A stretch of DNA of 24,000 bases, taken from Escherichia coli. Its GTDB lineage: Bacteria; Pseudomonadota; Gammaproteobacteria; Enterobacterales; Enterobacteriaceae. The stretch lies in NCBI RefSeq assembly GCF_964049315.1, contig NZ_OZ040208.1. One strand, given 5' to 3'. The notes beneath the pieces are model-generated. The model was not told the origin of the DNA. It did not search any database and worked only from the letters and a program-made list of their open reading frames with translations. Numbering within the stretch: position 1 is the stretch's first letter; each line of letters starts with the position of its first letter. Below are positions 10,384 to 23,061 of this stretch, piece by piece. The translations under genes and the position numbers were made by a program.

Positions 10384-10413
10384 AAAAAAATCCGCCCCGA
10401 GAGGCGGATTTTT
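10384..10413. terminator. Bidirectional terminator shared by opgE and ompX
   Basis: aaaaaaa-tccgcc-ccgaga-ggcgga-ttttt between convergent stops. Confidence 0.9.
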
Positions 10414-10428
10414 ATATCACCGAAGTGA

Positions 10429-10944
10429 TTAGAAGCGGTAACCAACACCGGCAATCCAGGTGCCTACGTCAACGCTACGAATACGGCTCTGCTCGTAAGA
10501 GAAGTCCAGAGCAACGTTTTCCATCGGGTTGAACTGCAGACCAGCACCGTAGGAGAAACCGTAGTCGCTGGTGTCGTGTTTGTAGGTCGGGTATTCAGTG
10601 GTCTGGAATTTACCATAACCCACACCCACTACACCGTAGATGCTTGCCCAGTCGTTAATGCGGTAAGCCGGACCAGCAGTGATGCCGTAGTACTGGTTTT
10701 TGTTGTAGTCACCAGAGCTTGCAGTACGGCTTTTCTCGGTGTAAGTGAAAGAACCGATCACACCCAGCGGGCTGTTGTCTTCTTCATAGCGGTATTTCAG
10801 GTTGAAACCGCCCATTTTGTTCATTTGGCCCTGAGCGTCGCTCTGTGCGTAACCGCCAGTTACAGTAGAAGTCGCAGCTACGGAAGTACCTGCGGTGAAA
10901 GCCAGAACTGCGGCCAGTGCTGAAAGACATGCAATTTTTTTCAT
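10429..10944 (-). CDS. ompX: Outer membrane beta-barrel protein OmpX, 171 aa
   Basis: Signal peptide (MKKIACLSALAAVLAFTAGTSVAA) and Ail/Lom/OmpX beta-barrel ending in GYRF. Confidence 0.97.
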   Translation of the reverse strand: MKKIACLSALAAVLAFTAGTSVAATSTVTGGYAQSDAQGQMNKMGGFNLKYRYEEDNSPLGVIGSFTYTEKSRTASSGDYNKNQYYGITAGPAYRINDWASIYGVVGVGYGKFQTTEYPTYKHDTSDYGFSYGAGLQFNPMENVALDFSYEQSRIRSVDVGTWIAGVGYRF

Positions 10945-11296
10945 AACCACCTCAAATGTGATTCAAATAAGTCCTAAGTTTTAAATATATCAAAAATTAA
11001 TGGGAAACTCTTCGCGATTTATGATGTCTAACGGGCCATTTCATGTAACAGAACGTTTCCATACACCGCTATCCATCTAAATTTAAATCACTTTTTCAGA
11101 GAACTGCGTAAGTATTACGCATATTTTCCCTGTCATTCATCCAGATTATTCCTAATCACCAGACTAATGATTCCATCAATCCTGGCGCATTTTAGTCAAA
11201 ACGGGGGAAAATTTTTTCAACAAATGCTCAACCAGCATTGGGTATATCCAGTACACTCCACGCTTTACTTAGGTTTAGATATTTGTGGGAGAAAGG

Positions 11297-12184
11297 ATGC
11301 CTGGTTCATTACGTAAAATGCCGGTCTGGTTACCAATAGTCATATTGCTCGTTGCCATGGCGTCTATTCAGGGTGGAGCCTCGTTAGCTAAGTCACTTTT
11401 TCCTCTGGTGGGCGCACCGGGTGTCACTGCGCTGCGTCTGGCATTAGGCACGCTGATCCTCATCGCGTTCTTTAAGCCATGGCGACTGCGCTTTGCCAAA
11501 GAGCAACGATTACCGCTGTTGTTTTACGGCGTTTCGCTGGGTGGAATGAATTATCTTTTTTATCTTTCTATTCAGACGGTACCGCTGGGTATTGCGGTGG
11601 CGCTGGAGTTCACCGGACCACTGGCGGTGGCACTGTTCTCTTCTCGTCGCCCGGTAGATTTCGTCTGGGTTGTGCTGGCGGTTCTTGGTCTGTGGTTCCT
11701 GCTACCGCTGGGGCAAGACGTTTCCCATGTCGATTTAACCGGCTGTGCGCTGGCACTGGGGGCCGGGGCTTGTTGGGCTATTTACATTTTAAGTGGGCAA
11801 CGCGCAGGAGCGGAACATGGCCCTGCGACGGTGGCAATTGGTTCGTTGATTGCAGCGTTAATTTTCGTCCCAATTGGAGCGCTTCAGGCTGGTGAAGCAC
11901 TCTGGCACTGGTCGGTTATTCCATTGGGGCTGGCTGTCGCTATTCTCTCGACCGCTCTGCCTTATTCGCTGGAAATGATTGCCCTCACCCGTTTGCCAAC
12001 ACGCACATTTGGTACGCTAATGAGCATGGAACCGGCTCTGGCTGCCGTTTCCGGGATGATTTTCCTCGGAGAAACACTGACCCCCATACAGCTGCTGGCG
12101 CTCGGCGCTATCATCGCCGCTTCAATGGGTTCTACGCTGACAGTACGCAAAGAGAGCAAAATAAAAGAATTAGACATAAATTAA
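11297..12184 (+). CDS. rhtA: EamA-family threonine/homoserine exporter, 295 aa
   Basis: Ten-TM drug/metabolite transporter pattern (MPGSLRKMPVWLPIVILLVAMASIQGG...). Start chosen at MPGS, 4 codons inside the track ORF. Confidence 0.94.
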   Translation: MPGSLRKMPVWLPIVILLVAMASIQGGASLAKSLFPLVGAPGVTALRLALGTLILIAFFKPWRLRFAKEQRLPLLFYGVSLGGMNYLFYLSIQTVPLGIAVALEFTGPLAVALFSSRRPVDFVWVVLAVLGLWFLLPLGQDVSHVDLTGCALALGAGACWAIYILSGQRAGAEHGPATVAIGSLIAALIFVPIGALQAGEALWHWSVIPLGLAVAILSTALPYSLEMIALTRLPTRTFGTLMSMEPALAAVSGMIFLGETLTPIQLLALGAIIAASMGSTLTVRKESKIKELDIN

Positions 12185-12309
12185 ATTTACATTTCTGCAT
12201 GGTTATGCATAACCATGCAGATTTTCTCGCTACTTTTCCTCTACACCGTCTTTATATATCGAATTATGCAAAAGCATATTTATTCCGAAAATTCCTGGCG
12301 AGCAAATAA

Positions 12310-12987
<678 letters not shown>

Positions 12988-13028
12988 ATCCATCGCTGAT
13001 GGTGCAGAACTTTAGTACACGATAAAAG

Positions 13029-13059
13029 CGGCTTCCTGACAGGAGGCCGTTTTGTTTTG
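13029..13059 (+). terminator. dps rho-independent terminator
   Basis: cggcttcct-gac-aggaggccg stem followed by ttttgttttg. Confidence 0.85.
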
Positions 13060-13218
13060 TAGCCCGCCTCAACGCACTTATTTAGTGCATCCATCTGCTA
13101 TCCCCAGCTGGTTAAGTAAATTTTTTGTATCCACATCATCACACAATCGTTACATAAAGATTGTTTTTTCATCAGGTTTTACGCTAAATAATCACTGTGT
13201 TGAGTGCACAATTTTAGC

Positions 13219-13233
13219 GCACCAGTTTGGTGC
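13219..13233. promoter_or_regulatory. Candidate NtrC (GlnG) binding site gcacca-gtt-tggtgc
   Basis: Dyad matching the TGCACCN(3-5)TGGTGCA consensus about 90 bp upstream of the sigma54 promoter, with a further TGGTGCAT half-site at 13241. Confidence 0.75.
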
Positions 13234-13320
13234 CCCAGAATGGTGCATCTTCAGGGTATTGCCCTATAAATCGTGCATCACGTTTTTGCCGCATCTCGAA
13301 AAATCAATGAGTTGCAAAAC

Positions 13321-13336
13321 TGGCACGATTTTTTCA
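13321..13336 (+). promoter_or_regulatory. Sigma54 -24/-12 promoter of glnHPQ (tggcacgattttttca)
   Basis: TGGCAC-N5-TTTCA-like spacing upstream of glnH with NtrC-like sites further upstream. Confidence 0.8.
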
Positions 13337-13375
13337 TATATGTGAATGTCACGCAGGGGATCGTCCCGTGGATAG

Positions 13376-14137
<762 letters not shown>

Positions 14138-14167
14138 TAACGCTGCGCCTGTAAAGCGCACTGGCAG

Positions 14168-14200
14168 TTCCCTCTCCCCGCCGGGGAGAGGATTAGGGTG
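14168..14200. repeat. Imperfect palindromic element (ttccctctccccgccggggagaggattagggtg) between glnH and glnP
   Basis: Perfect 8-bp stem ctctcccc/ggggagag (14172-14190) followed by attagggtgaaggg. Resembles a recurrent enterobacterial intergenic ccctctcc..gagagg..agggtgaggg motif. Confidence 0.6.
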
Positions 14201-14275
14201 AAGGGCGCAAACCCGCTCCGGGGCCATTAATTACCCTGAATTTGATTATTTACACCACGGTAACAGGAACAACAT

Positions 14276-14935
14276 ATGCAGTTTGACTGGAGTGCCATCT
14301 GGCCTGCCATTCCGCTTCTGATTGAAGGTGCCAAAATGACCCTGTGGATTTCGGTCCTCGGTCTGGCTGGCGGTCTGGTGATCGGATTGTTGGCAGGTTT
14401 TGCACGCACCTTCGGTGGTTGGATAGCCAACCACGTCGCGCTGGTCTTTATTGAAGTGATCCGCGGCACACCTATCGTCGTCCAGGTGATGTTTATCTAT
14501 TTCGCCCTGCCGATGGCGTTTAACGATTTACGCATCGACCCGTTTACTGCGGCGGTGGTCACCATCATGATCAACTCCGGCGCGTACATTGCGGAAATCA
14601 CGCGTGGTGCGGTGCTGTCTATTCACAAAGGTTTTCGTGAAGCAGGACTGGCGCTCGGTCTTTCACGTTGGGAAACCATTCGCTACGTCATTTTACCGCT
14701 GGCACTGCGTCGTATGCTGCCGCCGCTGGGTAACCAGTGGATCATCAGCATTAAAGACACTTCGCTGTTTATTGTTATCGGCGTGGCGGAACTGACCCGT
14801 CAGGGGCAAGAAATTATTGCCGGTAACTTCCGCGCCCTTGAGATCTGGAGCGCCGTGGCGGTGTTCTATCTGATTATTACCCTGGTGCTGAGCTTTATTC
14901 TGCGTCGTCTGGAAAGAAGGATGAAAATCCTGTGA
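14276..14935 (+). CDS. glnP: Glutamine ABC transporter permease, 219 aa
   Basis: Polar amino-acid permease EAA region ([34 protein letters not shown]). Confidence 0.97.
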
Positions 14936-15654
14936 TTGAATTTAAAAACGTCTCCAAGCATTTTGGTCCAACCCAGGTGCTGCACAATATCGATTTGAAC
15001 ATTGCTCAGGGCGAAGTCGTGGTGATTATCGGGCCGTCCGGTTCCGGTAAATCGACCCTGCTGCGCTGCATCAACAAACTGGAAGAAATCACCTCCGGCG
15101 ATCTGATTGTCGATGGCCTGAAGGTTAACGATCCGAAAGTTGATGAGCGCCTGATTCGCCAGGAAGCGGGTATGGTGTTCCAGCAGTTTTACCTCTTCCC
15201 GCATCTGACGGCGCTGGAAAACGTCATGTTTGGCCCGCTACGCGTGCGTGGCGCGAATAAAGAAGAGGCGGAAAAACTGGCGCGTGAGCTGCTGGCGAAA
15301 GTCGGTCTGGCAGAGCGTGCACATCACTACCCTTCCGAACTTTCTGGTGGTCAACAGCAGCGTGTGGCGATTGCCCGCGCGCTGGCGGTGAAGCCGAAAA
15401 TGATGCTGTTTGATGAACCGACTTCCGCTCTTGACCCGGAACTGCGCCATGAAGTGCTGAAGGTTATGCAGGATCTGGCTGAAGAAGGGATGACGATGGT
15501 GATCGTGACCCACGAAATCGGTTTTGCCGAGAAAGTAGCTTCGCGCCTGATCTTTATCGACAAAGGCCGGATTGCAGAAGATGGCGATCCGCAGGTGTTG
15601 ATCAAGAACCCGCCGAGCCAGCGCTTGCAGGAATTTTTGCAGCACGTCTCTTAA
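14932..15654 (+). CDS. glnQ: Glutamine ABC transporter ATP-binding protein, 240 aa
   Basis: Walker [10 protein letters not shown], signature [15 protein letters not shown], Walker [16 protein letters not shown] start overlapping the glnP end by 4 bp (gtga). Confidence 0.97.
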
Positions 15655-15660
15655 CTTCTC

Positions 15661-15688
15661 TGCCTCCCTTTCCCCCGAAAGGGAGGCA
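15661..15688 (+). terminator. Stem-loop after glnQ (tgcctcccttt-cccccg-aaagggaggca)
   Basis: 11-bp perfect inverted repeat directly after the glnQ stop. No T tract. Confidence 0.6.
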
Positions 15689-15770
15689 CACCAGATTCCT
15701 CTCATTTAAAATTGCCTCTCCCCCAGCATCTATACTTATCTTTTTGCTCTGTTTTCTCACTGGAGGAGTC

Positions 15771-17996
15771 ATGCGGTGGATCCTGTTCATCCTCTTCTGC
15801 CTGCTGGGCGCACCTGCCCACGCGGTATCCATACCCGGCGTTACAACCACAACGACAACGGACTCAACGACTGAACCGGCCCCGGAACCGGATATCGAAC
15901 AAAAAAAAGCGGCCTATGGCGCACTGGCGGATGTGCTGGATAATGACACCTCGCGTAAAGAGTTGATCGACCAGTTGCGCACCGTCGCCGCGACGCCCCC
16001 TGCGGAACCGGTACCGAAGATCGTGCCGCCGACGCTGGTTGAAGAGCAAACCGTGCTGCAAAAGGTCACCGAAGTCAGCCGCCATTATGGTGAAGCCCTT
16101 TCCGCCCGCTTCGGGCAACTTTATCGCAATATCACCGGCTCCCCGCATAAGCCGTTTAATCCACAAACCTTCAGCAATGCGCTGACCCACTTTTCAATGT
16201 TAGCGGTATTAGTGTTTGGTTTTTACTGGCTGATTCGTCTGTGCGCACTGCCGCTGTATTGCAAAATGGGCCAGTGGGCGCGGCAAAAAAATCGTGAGCG
16301 CAGTAACTGGTTGCAGCTTCCGGCGATGATCATCGGGGCGTTTATTATCGACCTGCTGTTACTGGCACTGACATTATTTGTCGGCCAGGTATTAAGCGAC
16401 AACCTGAATGCGGGCAGTCGCACCATCGCTTTCCAACAAAGTTTGTTTCTCAACGCCTTTGCCCTGATTGAATTTTTCAAAACCGTACTACGCCTGATTT
16501 TTTGCCCAAACGTAGCTGAACTGCGCCCGTTCACGATTCATGACGAGACCGCCCGTTACTGGAGTCGTCGCCTGAGCTGGTTAAGCAGCCTGATTGGCTA
16601 TGGTCTGATTGTGGCTGTGCCGATTATCTCTAATCAGGTGAATGTACAGATAGGTGCGCTGGCGAACGTCATCATTATGCTGTGCATGACCGTCTGGGCG
16701 TTGTACCTGATTTTTCGTAATAAAAAAGAGATCACCCAGCATTTGCTCAACTTTGCGGAGCATTCGCTGGCCTTTTTCAGCCTGTTTATCCGCGCCTTTG
16801 CACTGGTGTGGCACTGGCTGGCAAGCGCCTATTTTATCGTGCTGTTTTTCTTTTCGTTGTTCGATCCGGGCAACAGCCTGAAATTTATGATGGGTGCAAC
16901 GGTGCGCAGCCTGGCGATTATTGGTATCGCAGCATTTGTTTCCGGTATGTTTTCCCGCTGGCTGGCGAAAACCATCACCCTCTCGCCACATACTCAGCGA
17001 AATTATCCGGAGCTGCAAAAACGGCTGAATGGATGGCTTTCGGCGGCACTGAAAACAGCGCGTATTCTGACAGTCTGCGTGGCGGTAATGCTGCTGTTGA
17101 GCGCATGGGGATTGTTCGATTTCTGGAACTGGCTGCAAAACGGTGCGGGGCAGAAAACCGTAGATATCCTGATCCGTATCGCACTCATTCTTTTCTTCTC
17201 GGCGGTTGGCTGGACGGTGCTCGCCAGTTTGATAGAAAACCGGCTGGCTTCGGATATTCATGGCCGCCCGCTACCCAGCGCCCGTACGCGTACCCTGCTA
17301 ACGCTGTTCCGTAACGCGCTGGCGGTGATTATCAGTACCATCACCATCATGATTGTGTTGTCGGAAATCGGCGTCAATATCGCGCCATTGCTGGCAGGTG
17401 CCGGTGCATTGGGACTGGCTATCTCTTTTGGTTCGCAAACGCTGGTGAAAGATATTATCACCGGGGTATTTATTCAGTTTGAAAACGGCATGAACACTGG
17501 AGATTTGGTGACTATCGGGCCGTTGACCGGCACTGTGGAACGGATGTCAATTCGCTCCGTGGGCGTGCGCCAGGATACCGGGGCGTATCACATCATTCCG
17601 TGGTCTTCGATAACCACCTTTGCTAACTTCGTCCGCGGTATTGGTTCGGTAGTGGCAAACTACGATGTTGATCGCCATGAAGATGCTGATAAAGCCAATC
17701 AGGCACTGAAAGATGCGGTAGCAGAATTGATGGAAAACGAAGAAATTCGCGGGCTGGTTATTGGTGAACCGAATTTTGCCGGGATTGTCGGCTTAAGCAA
17801 TACCGCGTTTACACTGCGTGTTTCGTTCACCACGCTGCCACTCAAACAGTGGACGGTACGCTTTGCCCTCGACAGCCAGGTGAAAAAACATTTCGACCTG
17901 GCGGGTGTTCGCGCGCCGGTGCAGACTTATCAGGTGCTGCCAGCTCCGGGCGCGGCCCCGGCTGAACCGTTGCCGCCGGGGGAGCCAACGCTTTAA
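15771..17996 (+). CDS. ybiO: MscS-family moderate-conductance mechanosensitive channel, 741 aa
   Basis: Start at 'ggaggagtcatgcgg' ([18 protein letters not shown] signal peptide). MscS core ([35 protein letters not shown]). Confidence 0.95.
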
Positions 17997-18919
17997 CGCT
18001 GGCGATTGACAAAACGGCGGCGCTGCTCGTCGTTCATAAAGGTCCAGGCTATAAAGCGGCTCTGCTTTTGCCCCTGGGCCATCTCTTTTTTTACCACCTT
18101 CACCGCACCTACGTCCGTCAAAGCACGATACAACGGCGGTAAGTTTTCACCACGAGATACCAGCGAGGTAAACCACATCACCTGCTTCGCGAAGCCTTTG
18201 CTCTCTTCAATCATCTTTTTGATAAAAGCGACCTCACCGCCTTCACACCACAACTCCTGTTGCTGACCACCAAAGTTCAGTGCATCGTCTTTGTTCAGCC
18301 CCAGGTTACGGCGTTTACGTTCACTACCTGCCCGTGCCGCAGCGGCGGAATCGTGGAATGGCGGGTTACACAAGGTCGCATCGTATTGCTCGTTTTTATG
18401 GATGATGCCGTTAAAAATCGCCCCACTCTCTTTTTGCCGACGCAGACGAATGGCGCGGTTAAGCCCCGGATTAGCACTGATGATCGCCTGCGCACTGCTT
18501 AACGCCTGGCTGCTGGTTTCACTACCGGTAAAACGCCAGCCATATTCATGTACGCCAATCAGCGGATAAATACAGTTCGCACCAACGCCGATATCCAGAA
18601 TGCTGGCATTAGCTGGAATTGTTCCGCTTGCTTCGGCCAGTAAATCGGCAAGGTGATGAATATAATCCGCCCGGCCCGGTACTGGTGGGCAGAGAAAACC
18701 GTCCGGGATATCCCAGTTCGCTACGGCGTAAAAATGGGCCAGCAACGCCTTATTGAGCGCCTTCACCGCCAGCGGATTGGCAAAGTCTACGCTTTGCTCC
18801 CCGGCGGGTGTAAGCGTGAGGAATTGCCTGAGTTCAGGATTGACCTGACAAAGCGTGGCGAGATCGTAGCGGCTGTGATGACGGTTGCGCGGATGCAACC
18901 CCGGTTTCTGGGCGGACAT
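17993..18919 (-). CDS. rlmF: 23S rRNA m6A1618 methyltransferase, 308 aa
   Basis: [20 protein letters not shown] start. SAM-binding [16 protein letters not shown] and catalytic CNPPFH motif. Formerly ybiN. Confidence 0.94.
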
Positions 18920-19194
18920 AGCATTCTCCTTTAAGCAGCGGCGTAAGATACCCGCATAACGCGACAGGGTAAATATCTGGCTGCGTTTATCATTTCTAAA
19001 AACCTTCACATGGCTATGGTTTATGGCAATTCACCATAAAAAACATCATCATGCATGTCATTGATTTGTCTTATTTTGTAAAAACACATCGTTCAAAAAA
19101 TAAGCGCATCTCTGTCAATTTTTTGCGTCATTTTCATCGCGCAGGCGACCTACACTTATCTGGCACTACCCGTTGTATTTATGAGGATGTCATT

Positions 19195-19455
19195 ATGAAA
19201 AAGTGCCTCACACTACTGATTGCCACCGTCCTGAGCGGAATCTCTCTCACGGCTTATGCCGCGCAACCGATGAGTAACCTGGACAGTGGTCAACTACGGC
19301 CCGCCGGTACCGTTTCGGCAACTGGCGCATCAAACCTAAGCGATCTGGAGGATAAACTGGCAGAAAAAGCGCGCGAACAAGGCGCGAAAGGTTATGTCAT
19401 TAATTCCGCAGGCGGAAATGACCAGATGTTCGGTACTGCAATCATCTACAAATAA
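19195..19455 (+). CDS. mcbA: YhcN/BhsA/McbA family (DUF1471) periplasmic protein, 86 aa
   Basis: MKKCLTLLIATVLSGISLTAYAA signal peptide and LEDKLAEKAREQGAKGYVINSAGG...GTAIIYK. Formerly ybiM. Confidence 0.9.
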   Translation: MKKCLTLLIATVLSGISLTAYAAQPMSNLDSGQLRPAGTVSATGASNLSDLEDKLAEKAREQGAKGYVINSAGGNDQMFGTAIIYK

Positions 19456-19585
19456 CCCCACCAACGTAACTGCATTCGCCTCTGGATGCAGTTTTCGTCC
19501 AATTTGTAAGCAAAAAACATCAAATATGAACGCAATGTAAATAAATGTATTTCTTTTTCGCGCAATGGGTGATAGAAAATCGCGC

Positions 19586-19620
19586 CAAGTGATAATGCTT
19601 ATCAATATTATTATCACTTG
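19586..19620. promoter_or_regulatory. Candidate Fur operator region upstream of fiu
   Basis: caagtgataat...attatcacttg perfect 11-bp arms, with gataatgcttatc and aatattattatc Fur-like hexamers inside. Confidence 0.8.
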
Positions 19621-19719
19621 CACGTACGCTATCACGGGATTAACAGTGGCATCGCATCCGCAGAGATGCTTTCTCGTGACAGTGAAAATTTCACCATATA
19701 AGAAAAAGTCACCTGCAAA

Positions 19720-22002
19720 ATGGAAAACAATCGCAATTTCCCTGCCAGACAATTTCATTCGCTCACGTTCTTTGCCGGTCTTTGTATTGGTATTACGCCT
19801 GTGGCACAGGCACTCGCTGCCGAAGGGCAAGCTAACGCGGATGACACGCTGGTTGTCGAAGCATCAACGCCTTCGCTTTATGCGCCACAAAAATCTGCCG
19901 ATCCGAAATTCTCGCGTCCGGTAGCGGATACTACCCGCACGATGACAGTGATTTCTGAACAAGTGATTAAAGATCAGGGTGCAACCAACCTTACCGACGC
20001 GCTCAAAAACGTCCCCGGCGTGGGTGCGTTTTTTGCGGGTGAGAACGGTAACTCCACCACTGGCGACGCCATTTATATGCGCGGTGCCGATACCTCTAAC
20101 AGTATTTATATCGATGGCATTCGCGATATCGGCAGCGTCTCGCGCGACACCTTCAATACCGAGCAGGTCGAAGTAATTAAAGGGCCGTCCGGCACCGACT
20201 ACGGGCGCAGCGCACCGACAGGCTCGATCAATATGATCAGCAAACAGCCGCGCAATGATTCCGGCATTGACGCCTCCGCCAGTATTGGCAGCGCCTGGTT
20301 CCGCCGCGGCACGCTGGACGTCAATCAGGTCATTGGTGATACCACTGCGGTGCGCCTGAATGTAATGGGCGAAAAAACGCACGATGCCGGACGCGACAAA
20401 GTCAAAAATGAGCGTTACGGCGTCGCCCCTTCTGTCGCTTTTGGCCTTGGTACAGCGAATCGTTTGTATCTTAATTATCTGCATGTCACCCAGCACAACA
20501 CGCCAGACGGCGGCATTCCGACCATCGGTTTACCGGGTTTTTCTGCCCCATCTGCGGGAACAGCGGCCCTGAATCATTCCGGAAAAGTTGATACGCATAA
20601 CTTTTACGGCACGGATTCCGATTACGACGATTCGACCACCGACACCGCTACCATGCGTTTTGAGCACGACATCAACGATAACACCACCATTCGCAACACT
20701 ACGCGTTGGTCGCGCGTAAAGCAGGATTACCTGATGACGGCGATTATGGGTGGAGCGTCGAATATTACCCAGCCCACCAGCGATGTGAATAGCTGGACGT
20801 GGTCACGCACGGCGAATACCAAAGATGTGAGTAACAAAATTCTCACCAACCAGACCAACCTGACCTCGACGTTCTATACCGGCGCTATCGGTCATGATGT
20901 CAGTACCGGCGTGGAATTTACCCGCGAAACACAGACTAACTATGGCGTTAATCCGGTGACGTTACCGACGGTAAATATTTATCATCCTGACAGCAGCATT
21001 CATCCCGGCGGCCTGACGCGCAACGGCGCAAACGCCAATGGTCAGACGGATACCTTCGCAATTTATGCCTTCGATACGCTGCAAATCACCCGTGATTTTG
21101 AGCTGAACGGTGGGATCCGTCTGGATAATTATCATACTGAATATGACAGTGCCACCGCCTGCGGCGGCAGCGGGCGCGGTGCCATCACCTGCCCTGCTGG
21201 CGTGGCAAAAGGTTCTCCGGTAACCACCGTCGACACCGCCAAGTCGGGCAATCTGGTGAACTGGAAAGCCGGGGCGCTGTATCACCTGACGGAAAACGGC
21301 AATGTTTATATTAACTATGCCGTTTCCCAGCAGCCGCCGGGCGGCAACAACTTCGCCCTTGCGCAGTCTGGCAGCGGTAACAGTGCCAACCGCACCGATT
21401 TTAAACCGCAAAAAGCCAACACCAGCGAGATTGGCACCAAATGGCAGGTTCTGGATAAACGCCTGCTACTTACCGCCGCGCTGTTCCGTACTGATATTGA
21501 AAATGAAGTTGAGCAAAATGATGATGGGACTTATTCGCAATATGGTAAGAAACGTGTCGAAGGCTATGAGATATCCGTGGCCGGGAATATCACCCCCGCG
21601 TGGCAGATGATTGGCGGCTATACCCAGCAAAAAGCAACTATCAAAAACGGCAAAGATGTTGCCCAGGATGGTTCCTCATCGCTGCCGTATACCCCGGAAC
21701 ACGCCTTCACCTTATGGAGCCAGTATCAGGCAACCGATGATATTTCTGTTGGTGCGGGCGCACGGTATATCGGCAGTATGCATAAAGGTTCAGACGGCGC
21801 GGTGGGAACGCCAGCATTTACCGAAGGTTATTGGGTCGCCGACGCCAAACTGGGGTATCGGGTTAATCGCAATCTCGACTTCCAGCTAAACGTCTACAAC
21901 CTGTTTGATACCGATTACGTCGCCTCAATCAATAAGAGCGGCTACCGTTATCACCCGGGCGAGCCAAGAACCTTCTTGCTCACAGCCAATATGCATTTCT
22001 GA
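19720..22002 (+). CDS. fiu: TonB-dependent catecholate siderophore receptor, 760 aa
   Basis: Signal sequence, TonB box-like DDTLVVEA, plug domain, and beta-barrel ending in LLTANMHF. Confidence 0.96.
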   Translation: MENNRNFPARQFHSLTFFAGLCIGITPVAQALAAEGQANADDTLVVEASTPSLYAPQKSADPKFSRPVADTTRTMTVISEQVIKDQGATNLTDALKNVPGVGAFFAGENGNSTTGDAIYMRGADTSNSIYIDGIRDIGSVSRDTFNTEQVEVIKGPSGTDYGRSAPTGSINMISKQPRNDSGIDASASIGSAWFRRGTLDVNQVIGDTTAVRLNVMGEKTHDAGRDKVKNERYGVAPSVAFGLGTANRLYLNYLHVTQHNTPDGGIPTIGLPGFSAPSAGTAALNHSGKVDTHNFYGTDSDYDDSTTDTATMRFEHDINDNTTIRNTTRWSRVKQDYLMTAIMGGASNITQPTSDVNSWTWSRTANTKDVSNKILTNQTNLTSTFYTGAIGHDVSTGVEFTRETQTNYGVNPVTLPTVNIYHPDSSIHPGGLTRNGANANGQTDTFAIYAFDTLQITRDFELNGGIRLDNYHTEYDSATACGGSGRGAITCPAGVAKGSPVTTVDTAKSGNLVNWKAGALYHLTENGNVYINYAVSQQPPGGNNFALAQSGSGNSANRTDFKPQKANTSEIGTKWQVLDKRLLLTAALFRTDIENEVEQNDDGTYSQYGKKRVEGYEISVAGNITPAWQMIGGYTQQKATIKNGKDVAQDGSSSLPYTPEHAFTLWSQYQATDDISVGAGARYIGSMHKGSDGAVGTPAFTEGYWVADAKLGYRVNRNLDFQLNVYNLFDTDYVASINKSGYRYHPGEPRTFLLTANMHF

Positions 22003-22009
22003 TTCAGAT

Positions 22010-22032
22010 GTGGGGCGCAGGCCCCACTTTTT
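22010..22032 (+). terminator. Terminator-like hairpin after fiu (gtggggc-gcag-gccccac-ttttt)
   Basis: 7-bp GC-rich perfect stem followed by a run of five T. Confidence 0.85.
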
Positions 22033-22043
22033 GGAGAACTTGT

Positions 22044-22721
22044 ATGATGTACCACATTCCCGGCGTGTTATCGCCACAGGACGTCGCCCGTTTTCGCGAA
22101 CACCTGGAACAAGCCGAATGGGTGGATGGACGCGTCACCACCGGCGCACAAGGTGCGCAAGTTAAGAACAATCAACAAGTAGACACCCGCAGCGCCCTGT
22201 ACGCCGCCCTGCAAAATGAGGTGCTGAACGCGGTTAACCAACATGCTTTGTTCTTTGCCGCGGCCTTGCCGCGTACCCTTTCCACGCCGCTGTTTAATCG
22301 CTATCAGAACAATGAAACCTATGGTTTTCATGTGGATGGCGCAGTACGCAGCCATCCACAAAACGGCTGGATGCGCACTGACCTTTCTGCCACGCTGTTT
22401 TTAAGCGATCCAGAAAGCTACGACGGCGGCGAACTGGTCGTTAATGACACCTTCGGGCAACATCGGGTAAAACTCCCGGCAGGCGATCTGGTGTTGTATC
22501 CCTCCAGCAGCCTGCATTGCGTGACACCCGTAACCCGCGGCGTGCGAGTGGCATCATTTATGTGGATCCAGTCGATGATCCGCGATGATAAAAAGCGCGC
22601 CATGCTGTTTGAACTGGACAACAATATTCAGTCGCTGAAAAGCCACTACGGCGAAAGTGAAGAGATCCTGTCGCTGCTCAATCTTTATCATAATCTGCTG
22701 CGGGAATGGTCGGAGATCTGA
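22044..22721 (+). CDS. ybiX: PKHD-type Fe(II)/2-oxoglutarate-dependent hydroxylase, 225 aa
   Basis: [26 protein letters not shown], with HVDGA...[12 protein letters not shown]...[12 protein letters not shown] giving the HxD...H and R iron/2OG motif. RBS 'ggagaa'. Confidence 0.94.
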   Translation: MMYHIPGVLSPQDVARFREHLEQAEWVDGRVTTGAQGAQVKNNQQVDTRSALYAALQNEVLNAVNQHALFFAAALPRTLSTPLFNRYQNNETYGFHVDGAVRSHPQNGWMRTDLSATLFLSDPESYDGGELVVNDTFGQHRVKLPAGDLVLYPSSSLHCVTPVTRGVRVASFMWIQSMIRDDKKRAMLFELDNNIQSLKSHYGESEEILSLLNLYHNLLREWSEI

Positions 22722-22794
22722 CGCTTGAACTGCCCGAGTTCGTCCCTATATTAGCTACACTTAACTGTACAAGCATTGATATGGGGAGGACGAT

Positions 22795-23061
22795 ATGGCA
22801 TCCGGTTGGGCTAATGATGACGCCGTCAACGAACAGATCAACAGTACAATTGAAGATGCGATTGCCCGCGCTCGGGGTGAAATTCCGCGTGGCGAAAGCC
22901 TGTATGAATGTGAAGAGTGCGGTGCCCCTATCCCGCAGGCCCGTCGGGAAGCCATTCCTGGCGTGCGCTTATGCATTCATTGTCAGCAGGAGAAAGATTT
23001 ACAAAAACCAGCTTATACAGGATATAATCGCAGAGGTTCGAAAGACAGCCAGTTACGTTAA
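22795..23061 (+). CDS. ybiI: DksA/TraR C4-type zinc finger family protein, 88 aa
   Basis: CEECGAPIPQARREAIPGVRLCIHCQQ zinc finger motif. RBS 'ggaggac' before ATG 22795. Confidence 0.93.
   Translation: MASGWANDDAVNEQINSTIEDAIARARGEIPRGESLYECEECGAPIPQARREAIPGVRLCIHCQQEKDLQKPAYTGYNRRGSKDSQLR

Noticed and set aside
16581-17261. 226-aa minus-strand ORF inside ybiO
   Set aside because: Antisense to an intact MscS-family gene. No domain-like sequence.
19336-19830. 164-aa minus-strand ORF spanning mcbA, the Fur region and the fiu start
   Set aside because: Crosses intergenic regulatory DNA and two sense genes. Composition does not resemble a known family.
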